From: Eledone cirrhosa
Lineage: Eukaryota
Direction: 5' to 3'
Length of the DNA: 64,000 bases
Assembly: GCA_964016885.1 (NCBI GenBank)
Contig: OZ024750.1
Location: 53,444,001 to 53,508,000 of the forward strand
Shown: piece after piece, positions 26,861-37,710 of the stretch
Position numbering within the stretch: position 1 is the stretch's first letter
Layout of the letters: each line of letters begins with the position of its first letter
Program-made: the position numbers and the translations under genes
The notes under the pieces: generated by a model
Seen by the model: only the letters and a program-made list of their open reading frames with translations
Databases searched by the model: none
What the model was told of the DNA's origin: nothing

Positions 26861-27626
26861 TCTAATTGATGAAAATGGCACTCTTCAAGACAATGCTAAA
26901 ACCATGGGTGAGATACTGCAGAAACAATACTGCTCTGTTTTCAGCAATCCTGATATGGCCGATCTGGGCTGTATCGGCGATGTTACTCCCCATTACACCT
27001 TATCGGACATAACGTTTGGCGGCAATAAAGGAAATCAAGCATAATTCAGCAGTAGGTCCCGATAGGTTCCCTGCTTGTGTCTTGAAGGCGTGTCAACACC
27101 AACTTGCATCTCCTCTTGCCAATCTGTGGCGGAACTCACTGGATGCTGGATATGTGCCAGAAAACCTTCTATCCCAGTCTGTTGTCCCAGTTTTCAAAAA
27201 GGGAAACAAATCCCTTGCCGTGAATTACCGTCCAATCTCACTCACCTCTCATATCATTAAGGTATTTGAGAGAGTGGTGAGATCGCGAATGACCCACTTC
27301 CTTGAGAGTAACAATATGCTGAACTTCAACCAGCATGGATTCCGTAATGGAAGGGATTGCCTGACGCAGCTACTGCATCACTTTGATGACATTTTGAGAG
27401 CCTTGGGAGAGGGTTCCAACACTGATGTTATCTACCTTGATTTCAGCAAGGCCTTTGACAGGGTTGATCATAACATTCTACTGAGAAAGCTGTCCAATAT
27501 TGGTGTCACTGGAAAGCTGCTGCAGTGGATCAAGAGCTTCCTGTCAAACAGAACCCAACATGTTGTAGTTGAGGGAGTCAAATCAAGCCCAGCCAAAGTC
27601 AGTAGTGGGGTCCCACAAGGCACTGT
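26861..27626 (+). mobile_element. CR1-clade LINE ORF2 internal fragment, truncated at both ends
   Basis: AVGPD, NYRPISLTSHIIKVFER, QHGFRNGRDCLTQLL, DVIYLDFSKAFDRVDH, SGVPQGTV; (TA)n on both sides. Confidence 0.9.
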
Positions 27627-27654
27627 ATATATATATGTATATATATATGTATAT

Positions 27655-28080
27655 TCAAGGTTTAACGTCCGTGTTCCACGCTTGCATGGGTTTGGACGGG
27701 GGTAGTCCCACTTGAGGCAAGAGTGATTGTCTTGCTCGCATAGGACTGTCTGGCAGGTTTTCTACAGTTGGATGCCCTTCCTAACACCAACCACATTTAC
27801 AGTGTGGGTCTGGGAGGTTTTTACCGTGTTGCCTACACGGCCACATTACAGCGTGGACTGTGTGTTTTTTTGTCGTGACACCTACACGATCTCATTTGTT
27901 TCGGCCTGGATGGCGCGGCACCAACATAACTTTACATAGAACGGGGTGGTGTTGATGTGGTGGGGGTGGTGGGACGGGGTGTATTTGTTAGAGATGCCTA
28001 CTAGCTGTAGTACAGAGGTCAGCGGCCGAATGAGGGAGTGGGATGGCGCTAGCTGCCAGTCCATTCTCTGCCTGTTTGTT
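27655..28080 (-). mobile_element. RTE 3' UTR / tail-derived element
   Basis: tttaacgtccgtgttccacgcttgcatggg...ggatgcccttcctaacaccaacc; collinear with 52328-52840. Confidence 0.75.
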
Positions 28081-28199
28081 AAATGTTACTGTGTGTGCGT
28101 GTGTTGTTGTTTCGCTTGAGTGTGTGTGTGTGTTGTTGCCTTGTTCCTCTGTATTGGCAGTGTAGTACGTTCGTATGGTGGAATGCTACTTCAATACTC

Positions 28200-28387
28200 T
28201 CATATATATATATATATGTATATATATAATATATATGTATATATATATATAATATATATATATATATAATATATATGTATATATATATATAATATATATG
28301 TATATATATATATAATATATATGTATATATATATATAATATATATGTATATATATAATATGTATATATATATATAATATATATGTAT

Positions 28388-28421
<34 letters not shown>

Positions 28422-28899
28422 ATATGTATGTATATATGTATATATATATATATAATATATACGTATATATATATAATATATATGTATATATATATATATA
28501 TTATATATATATAATATATATGTATATATATATATAATATATATATATATATAATATATATGTATATATATATATATAATATATATGTATATATATATAT
28601 AATATATATGTATATATATATATAATATATATGTATATATATATATAATATATATGTATATATATATATAATATATATGTATATATATATATAATATATA
28701 TGTATGTATATATATAATATGTATATATATATATAATATATATGTATATATATATATAATATATATGTATGTATATATATAATATGTATATATATATATA
28801 ATATGTATATATATATGTATATATATATATATAATATATATGTATATATATATAATATATATGTATATATGTATATATATATAATATATATGTATATAT
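28200..28899. repeat. Compound (TA)n microsatellite
   Basis: Direct inspection. Confidence 0.95.
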
Positions 28900-29242
28900 G
28901 GAGGCACATGGCTTAGTGGTTAGAGCATTGGGCTTGCAATCGAAAGGTTGTGAGTTCAATTCTCAGACCGGGTGATGTGTTGTTTCCTTGAGCAAGGCAC
29001 TTTATTTCACATTGCTCCAGTTTACTCAGCTGTAGAAATGAGATGATAGGGACTGGGGTCCCCATCATTCCAATGCAAAGTGGTCGTGGAGGTGCCACGG
29101 CAAAAAAACACCCAGCACTCACTGTAAAAATGAGGTTGGTGTTAGGAAGGGCATCCAGCTGTAGAAATCAAGCCAGAATCAGTTCCCGTCCCACCCTTGC
29201 AAGCAGGGAAAAGTGGACGTAAAAATGAAATGGAAAATGAAA
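28900..29242 (+). mobile_element. SINE family B (tRNA head, CORE/V-like centre, RTE-derived tail)
   Basis: A-box tggcttagtgg, B-box gagttcaattc, centre ccttgagcaaggcacttt; tail matches the RTE end at 33033-33092. Confidence 0.85.
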
Positions 29243-29321
29243 TATATATAATATATATGTATATATATGTATATATATATATATATATGTGTATATATAT
29301 ATATATATAATATATATATAT

Positions 29322-29353
<32 letters not shown>

Positions 29354-29385
29354 ATATATATGTATATAATATATATGTATATGTA

Positions 29386-31096
29386 TACTCTTTTACCTGT
29401 TTCAGCCATCCGGCTGAGGCCATGCTGGGGCACCGCCCTTGTTGCTACACATTTTATCTCCAGCCTGTATAGGTTGGCCACTGGTGTAGGAGGGAGTTTG
29501 TTGCTGCTGTCCTTAGGTTTCCCTCGTGTCTTGCTGTGGGCTCATCCGGGATCCTGGATAACAAGGTGTCGAGATGTTTCTTAAAGGCATCCACCTCCAC
29601 GTCATGCAAGTCTCGCAGATGCCTCGGCAGCCTGTTGAAGAGTTGAGGGCCCTTGAATCCCAGGCTATTGCAATACCTGCTCCTTATTCTAGATGTGGAA
29701 GACGGGACCTTTGGCACCACACAGTGACGTCCTGTTCGACGGTTGGTCCAGCTCCCAATGCCAAAGTTTGGTGCTAGTCCCTCCAGGATTTTCCACATGT
29801 AGATCACTGCGTATCTCTCCCGTCTTCGCTCCAAGGAGTAGAGGTTCAGTTCCTTCAGCCTCTCCCAGTAGCTTGTCTCCCTCATCTTGGCAATCCTCTT
29901 GGTGTAGCTTCGCTGGATTGCCTCAAGCTCCGTGGTTAGTTTGACACTATGGGGTGACCACAGCTGGGAGCAGTAGTCCAGGCGGCTTAGGACAAAAGTC
30001 CTCCACAGTGTCAACATGGTGTCTCGATCTCTTATAAGGAAAGTCCTCAAGATCCAGCCAGCGAATCGTCTACATGCTGTCGCCACCTTCATGATGTGTG
30101 AAGAAAAAGATGCATCATCGCTCATGTCTATGCCCAGGTCTCGTATCGATTTTGACACGGGGATATCGGTCCCTCCTGGTCCTGTGTAGCTGTGTTCCGC
30201 TATATTTGTGTTTGTGTTTGCAGGTTTGTATTGTAGGGCTTGGAATTTGCCAGCATTAAACTGCATGTTGTTTTCTTCCGCCCATCTGTATATGGCATCC
30301 AGATCCTGCTGTAAGAGGGCAGCGTCAGCCGGGTTTTTGATTGCCTGTGCTACCTTAGTGTCATCAGCATAGCTAGTGAGGGATGTTGTTGCATGCACCA
30401 CAGAGGGCATGTCCGAGAGAGCCACCAAAAACAGTAGTGGTCCCAGGACTGTCCCCTGAGGCACCCCACTTGTTATCGGTGTTTCCCTCGAGAGGGCCCC
30501 ATTTGCTGCGACTGCCTGGCTTCTGTCCCTTAGGAAGCCATGCAGCCACTCACCTACTTTTCCAGTTATGCCGAGTCCGTGTAGTTTGTGACATATCATT
30601 CCGTGGTCGACCTTGTCAAAGGCCTTCGCAAAGTCAAGATATATCACGTCTACATGTGAGCTGTCTAGTAGTTGTCTCAGTACCCAGTCGTAGTGATGTA
30701 GCAGCTGTGTAAGGCAGCTTCTTCCTGGGCGGAAGCCATGTTGCGTGCTAGTCAGGCGGTCATTTTCTTTGAGGAAAGTGATTAGTTTCTTTCTGACGAC
30801 TCGCTCCATGACCTTACTGATATGCGACATCAGGGAGACAGGCCTATAGTTCTTGGCCTCCGCTCTACTACCTCCTTTATGGATAGAGCATATTGTGCCT
30901 TCTTTCAGCTCCCTGGGTAGTACACCGCTAGCCAAGGAGCTTCTGAAGAGCATCTTCAGTGGAGTTGCTAAGGCCCGCTTACATATTTTTAGGAGAACTG
31001 CTGGGAATCCATCAGGTCCAGCAGCCGAGTCTGTTCTAATTTCATCAATGGCATACACCACATCCTCCTCCGTTATGTCTATGTGGTTGATGTGGT
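29386..31096 (-). mobile_element. 5'-truncated CR1-clade LINE with uninterrupted RT-containing ORF2 C-terminal part and intact 3' end
   Basis: Open frame 31095-29454: AAGPDGF, NYRPVSL, YLDFAKAFDKVDH, SGVPQGTVLGPLLF, YADDTK, RDLG, SRLDYCSQLWSP, LYSLERRR. Embedded in (TA)n. Confidence 0.93.
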
Positions 31097-31220
31097 ATAT
31101 ATATATATAATATATATGTATATGTATATATATACATAATATATATGTATATATATATACATAATATATATGTATATATATATATATAATATATATGTAT
31201 ATATATATATATATATAATA

Positions 31221-31294
<74 letters not shown>
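31096..31294. repeat. (TA)n microsatellite
   Basis: Direct inspection. Confidence 0.95.
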
Positions 31295-31296
<2 letters not shown>

Positions 31297-31632
31297 AAAA
31301 AGTTAAACGAAATTTCATTTCCCACCCTTAGTACGGCTGTTACTTAAATATAAGTATGTACACGTACATACATATATGTATACAGATGTACAGTAGTATG
31401 TATATATATATACATACATGCACACATATATATATGTACGTATGGATTCACTGAACATTTATTATAATGCTCAGTGTGTTTGTAAACAAACATCCCGTAT
31501 TAAGCCGTAGTGTCTAACATCCATCGTTGCTCGTTTGTTCAACACTGACAAAGGAACGCTGTACTAGTTTCAAGCTTATTAGCTATCGTTAGCAACGTAT
31601 ACCTTCTATATATATATATACTATATATATAT

Positions 31633-33092
31633 ATAGGGGTATAAAACTGATGGATCAGGTTATGAAAGTGGCAGAAAGGATATTAGCACAACTAATTCTG
31701 AGAAAGGGTCAAACTAGATGAGATGCAGTTTGGTTTTGTGCCTGTACAACAGATGCCCACTTCTTGGTGAGACAATTGCAAGAGAGGTTCTTAGAGAAAA
31801 ATAAGCCACTATACTTAGCCTTTGTTGACCTAGAGAAGGCCTTTGATAGGGTACCCCGATCTGTCATCTGGTGGTCCCTAAGGAAGCTAGGTGTTGAGGA
31901 ATGGCTTGTGAGGACAGTGCAAACTTTGTACAGAGGTACTCTCAGTAAAGTCAGGGTAGGAATGGAGTTTAGTGAGGAATTCCAGATACAAGTAGGAGTA
32001 CATCAGGGTTCGGTCCTCAGCCCGCTCTTGTTCATTATAGTCCTCCAAGCCATAACAGAGGAGTTTAAGACTGGCTATCCATGGGAACTTCTCTATGCTG
32101 ACGATCTGGTTCTTATAGCAGAATCAGTAGAGGAGCTAGAGAATAAATTCTGGCTATGGAAACAGCTTTTGGAAGCAAGAGAACTGAGAGTGAACCTAGC
32201 TAAGACAAAAGTGTTGATGAGTAGAAAAGAGGACAAAACTCTGATTCCGTCAGGGAAATGGCCATGTTCGATATGCAGAAAAGGAACTGGCATAAATTCT
32301 AGAAAATGCACACAATGCAGATCCTGGATACACAAGAGATGTAGCGGGATAGCAGGCAAACTAACAGGTAGGGAGAAATATGTATGCAGTAGATGTACAG
32401 GAAAATTAGACCGTAGAAGTCGCATTGATAGACACATTTTTCAAATGCAGGAGGGTGCTATTGAAGTGGTGGATAGCTTCCAGTACCTAGGAGATCAGAT
32501 TAGCATGGGGGGAGGGTGTTCTGAGGTCATAGTATCTAGAATAAGGACGGGTTGGAAGAAGTTTAAGGAGCTGCACCCTCTGCTGACGAAGAAGGGTTTC
32601 TCCCTGCGTACGTAAGGCCGGTTGTATGATGCCTGTGTGAAGAGCGCGATGCTGCATGGTAGTGAGACTTGGGCAGCAACTGCAGAAGATATGCGACGGC
32701 TGGAGAGAAATGAGGCAAGCATGCTCCGTTGGATGTGCAGTGTAAATGTGCGTGAACGACCCAGCATGAATGTGTTGAGAGAGAAACTGTGTCTGAGAGG
32801 GATAGAATATAGTGTACGGGAGAGGAGACTGAGGTGGTATGGATATGTGATGCGCATGGAGGATGACTGATGGGTGAAGAAGTGCCAGGAAATGCCAGTT
32901 GAAGGAAGACATGGTAGAGGTAGACCACGAAAAACATGGGCGGAGGTGGTGAGAACAGACCTCAGATCGTTGAAGCTCATGGTGGAGATGACGAAGGACC
33001 GTGACAAGTGGAGAGATGCTGTGCTGAATAAGACCCGTCCCACCCTTGCAAGCAGGAAAGAGCGGACGTAAAATGATGATGATGATGATGAT
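31633..33092 (+). mobile_element. 5'-truncated RTE LINE with PHD-like insert in RT
   Basis: YRGIKL, FVDLEKAFDRVPR, GVHQGSVLSPLLF, LLYADD, CxxC..CxxC..HxxC..CxxC insert, FQYLGD, MLHGSETW, RLRWYG; (atg)n tail; a few stops and frameshifts. Confidence 0.93.
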
Positions 33093-33659
33093 AAAGTTTC
33101 GCTCTACATGGCTGAATACAATAAATGTAATTTGAGTTTTTCGAATATTGATAATAACATTCGATTTGTTTGCAATTGTGCAAACAAGCCTCAATTTTAT
33201 AGCCATGTCAGTAGAATGAACCCTTCATTCTTGTTCTTTGTGTTGGCATGTGAACAGAAATGCAGTTCTGTTCACATATAGTATATATAATATAAATCCC
33301 CTCTACAACACCCTCAGGATTTATGGACCCAGCCATCTGTATCCACACACACTTATATACATTAAAGTAAAGCTGTAATGGAGAAAACTTCTAAAGCTCT
33401 GTTTAGAAATCTTTGACGTAAAGATTTATGTTAATTATTTATCTTAGTTTTTCTTAATTAGCTTCTAATTAATTAGTGTCTCTCTTGTTGCTTGCTAATA
33501 ATCAAATGCTTGTGGGTAAAATGAAACTTTCTAACTTTGAAAATAACTCTAATTATGAATGAATACACATAATATTTAATTAATTGATCTGTATTAACAC
33601 TTGTTGATTTATTGATACCATGCATGCTTATTATTATTATTATTGCTTTTATTGTTGAT

Positions 33660-34030
33660 GGCTGTGGATTGGTAGAATCATTAGAGCATCGGAGAAAATG
33701 CTTTGCAAGCGTATAGTTATGACCCTTTATGTTTTTGAGTTCAAATCCCCACTGAGATTAACTTTGCCTTTTATTCTACTGGTATCGATAAGATAAACAC
33801 TCAAGAACTGGGCTTGGTGACCCCCCCCCCCCCCCCCTGTTGGCCTGACACCTAAAATTAGAAATGATTATTATTATTTATATTTTTACATTCTAAACCT
33901 GCCGAGGTTAACTTTGCCTTTCATCCATATGGGGTTGATCAAATAAAGTACCAGTAATACACTGGGGTCAATTTAATCGACTTTCCCTGCCCCCAAAATT
34001 GCTGGCCTCGTGCCTATATAAGAAGCCATT
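33660..34030 (+). mobile_element. Two SINE family A copies
   Basis: gagttcaaatccc B-box and actttgcctttcatcc core. Confidence 0.75.
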
Positions 34031-35191
34031 ATTATTATTTCCTCCCTTTCATTAAATGTACATATATTTTGGACAATGTCCCCTCGCTCTACCTCTAACA
34101 TATGTTTTGCTATAATGCATGAGAGTTGATTATTTTTTTTTACTTCAACCACAAACCTGTTCTTTTAAAATTTTTATTTTGTTAACAACCAGCAGTGGTA
34201 AGCATGATGAGAATGAAATCTATTTATATCTCTATATATATATGTATATTATTGTTAATATTTTTCTATACAATGATTTAAACTTGTTGAGAATTTTGCT
34301 ATTAAATGTCTCTTAAATGTTTTATATTGAAATTGTTTATGTTACAATTTGTTCTAACATGATTTTTATGAGCCATGACAGTATATTTATCATGCTTTAG
34401 ATTATTTCTACATCTTTAATGGGATGCCATGTGGATAGGATGTTGGGCTTATGATCTTAAGGTTGTGAGTTTGATTCCTAGACTAGGTGGCATGTTGTGT
34501 CATTAAAACACATGAAAAACCTGCTATGAAATACCACCTCATAGCAGGCCAGGTGTTGGTGCAAGCTGTAAATTTCCTATCTGTTTTTTGTCTCAACAAT
34601 TAAACCCTTGATATCACAGACTAACAAGACTGAAGGTTTGTCCGTAAATGCTGAATGTCCATTAAATTGAAGGTAACCTACAGCTAAATTTTAGTGTTTT
34701 TCAACCTTTCATGACTATTTTTTTAATGAAGTACACTTTATCACAATCAAATGAAGAATTTTGAAGGATTTACTAAAATTATCATTTCATTACTAAGATG
34801 TGGTTCCTATATACAGTTATTATGGAAGATTTAAATTTAAATAGGAACTTTTTAAGGAGTTCTTTGTTTGATGGATGTAGAACCAGTTTTGGCTGAGTTG
34901 GTATGAAAAGAGTTAACCACTTTTTTACCTGTATCGGGGTCTCATCATTTGTTTCAATGTTCTGGGAAATATCATACATGTTCAATACACTACTGACTCT
35001 ACATATTTGCATGTGAAATCACATGGTTTAGTGGTTATGATGTTTGCCTCATGTACATATAAAATCACATGGTTTAGTGTCATCTTATGTCCCTAACACT
35101 TTATTGCTCGAGTCTATACAGCTCGAAAAAATAAAGTTCAATTTCAAAGTACCAGCCTCGTACACTGTCTCACTGGGGACTATGTTATGGG

Positions 35192-35857
35192 TACACTGTG
35201 TCTGTGAAGACTAAAGGTACTCTGTGTCTGTGAGGACTAAAGGTACTCTGTGTCTGTGAGGACTAAAGGTACTCTGTGTCTGTGAGGATTAAAGGTACTC
35301 TGTGTCTGTGAGGACTAAAGGTACTCTGTGTCTGTGAGGATTAAAGGTACTCTGTGTCTGTGAGGACTAAAGGTACTCTGTGTCTGTGAGGATTAAAGGT
35401 ACTCTGTGTCTGTGAGGACTAAAGGTACTCTGTGTCTGTGAGGACTAAAGGTACTCTGTGTCTGTGAGGATTAAAGGTACTCTGTGTCTGTGAGGATTAA
35501 AGGTACTCTGTGTCTGTGAGGACTAAAGGTACTCTGTGTGTGTGAGGACTAAAGGTACTCTGTGTGTGTGAGGACTAAAGGTACTCTGTGTCTGTGAGGA
35601 TTAAAGGTACTCTGTGTCTGTGAGGACTAAAGGTACTCTGTGTGTGTGAGGACTAAAGGTACTCTGTGTCTGTGAGGATTAAAGGTACTCTGTGTCTGTG
35701 AGGATTAAAGGTACTCTGTGTCTGTGAGGACTAAAGGTACTCTGTGTGTGTGAGGATTAAAGGTACTCTGTGTCTGTGAGGACTAAAGGTACTCTGTGTG
35801 TGTGAGGACTAAAGGTACTCTGTGTGTGTGAGGACTAAAGGTACTCTGTGTCTGTGA
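35192..35857. repeat. 26-bp minisatellite (taaaggtactctgtgtctgtgaggac), ~25 units, within a SINE-like body
   Basis: Direct periodicity; SINE head tggtttagtggtta at ~35025 upstream. Confidence 0.93.
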
Positions 35858-36439
35858 AATGTCCAACCACTTAAATGTTAATTTCACAAGCATGCTGTTC
35901 CAATGTTGGCCTGATGGCAATACATCTTAAGGAAGTGGGCTTGGAATGATTGTAATGGCTTCTATGTTTTTAACAGAAGTGATCTAAATCCTCATTATAT
36001 ATTTACATACATACATACATACATATGTGTGTGGGTGTATATATGTGTGTTGATCTAAATCCTCATATATTTACATACATATATATATGTGTGTGTATAT
36101 GTGTATTGATCTAAATCTTCATATATTTACATACACATATATATATGTGTAAAGATAATTTCCTTCTTATCTAGTAGAATCAAAAATCTGTGTGAGTAAG
36201 GAGATCAACATAGATTAATATTTACAGTACTATGTTGAAGCAGCGGGATTATTGTTGAACATTAATTAGCTAAATGAGCATCATGACGACAATCCCCAGA
36301 GAATTTCTGGGTCATATACATTAGAATGTAACGATGGTGGGCCACGAAACTTGAGGAGATTTAGTTGATCGTGTTCAATACACTACTTAAAGCCTCGTAA
36401 TCGCTCTATCAACCCCCTAGGTTACAAACACGTGTGTGT

Positions 36440-37710
36440 GTAAATATACAACCTAGCCTATCAACATCTCAATGACGACAGTCTCTACTCGGAAGTCGCT
36501 CGAATTACCCGCGCGCTGATAGAGAATCGAATGAACACCACCTGGACCAACATCTGAGACCGGCGAAGGCTCCCAAAGAGAAGGACCATCATACAAAATC
36601 TCTTGGCTTCTGTCCAACATTTTAAAACCCCTGTTGACAACCTTCCCGGCCCACGTCTACATCTCAGATGAAGTCATCAACCAACTATAACTTGACACCC
36701 TCAAACCCAACAGGTTCACCTTCAGCCTAGATGTACGAAGTCCTATTCATCCTTGTCAACAATACCTTTTTCAACTTCCTGGGACAAACCTACCAACAGA
36801 CCTCTGGACTACCCATAGGATCCAGCCTCTCAGGTTTAGTGGTAATTTTGTATATGAACAGGCTTGAACACAGAGTACTCAACTCCTGTAGCACCTGCGC
36901 TTTCTTCACATACTCATCCTCAGATCCACCAAGAGTTTCTAATCTTTCAACAATGCTGACAATAACATGAAGTTCACCATCGAACATCCCACCAATTCCG
37001 GGTCCCTCGCTCTACTTGATTTCAGACTGAACATCTCTGATAGCGGTGAAATCCACGCCAATTTCTACCGCAAAGCGGCCAGCAGAGACCTGTTTGTTCG
37101 TTACAAATCTACCCTCCCCAACAGCTCTAAAAGAGGGTACATGTTTAATGAAATGGCTCGCATACTCAACCGATGCAGTATTGTTACTAATAGAGCCACC
37201 TATATCAGAAAATTCCACAAGGTATTAGAGATTAAAGGCTACCCAGCTTCCTTCTCCACCCCAGGATGAAACCCCAGACCCAGAGACCGGACCAACACAA
37301 ACAACAGTTGCTTCTTCAAGATCCCACATCTCAGTAAGGAAACCACAAACGCCATACGCAAAGCCATCAGGAGAGAGGGCCTCAAAATCAAACTAGCTTA
37401 CTCTGGACCTTCCCTGTGAAGATGCCTCTCCACAAGGCAACCCCCCAATGAGGATAACAAGCTAGAATGTAACGAGTGCAATCTATTCTACATAGGCTGC
37501 ACTATTTCACAGTTACATCTCCGTATTAAAGAGCATGTTAACATTAACTCCCCTTCCTTCTGTATCATCAAATGCGGAAACCAAGACAATCTTAGCTACA
37601 AAATGCAGTATAGGTACGCTGAGAATTAAGGAAGCCCTCTTAATCAAACGACTAAAATCTGGCATCAATAATCGAATGGAAAGAAATGCGCTAGAATGGC
37701 TAATTTAACT
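36440..37710 (+). mobile_element. Degenerate Penelope-like element (RT + GIY-YIG endonuclease)
   Basis: NTFFNFLGQTYQQTSGLPIGSSLSG, KFTIEH...LALLDF...FYRK (PLE RT/thumb); LECNECNLFYIGCT...LRIKEH and LRIKEALLI...INN (GIY-YIG). Confidence 0.85.

Noticed and set aside
24878-28959. Long YI/IY-rich ORFs
   Set aside because: Translations of (TA)n microsatellites.
28900-28975. tRNA-like sequence (also 46005 and 47954)
   Set aside because: Acceptor stem incomplete and followed by SINE body and LINE tail; these are SINE heads, not tRNA genes.
31096-31325. N-terminus of the 623-aa minus-strand ORF
   Set aside because: Read-through of the TA microsatellite; the CR1 is 5'-truncated and lacks an endonuclease.
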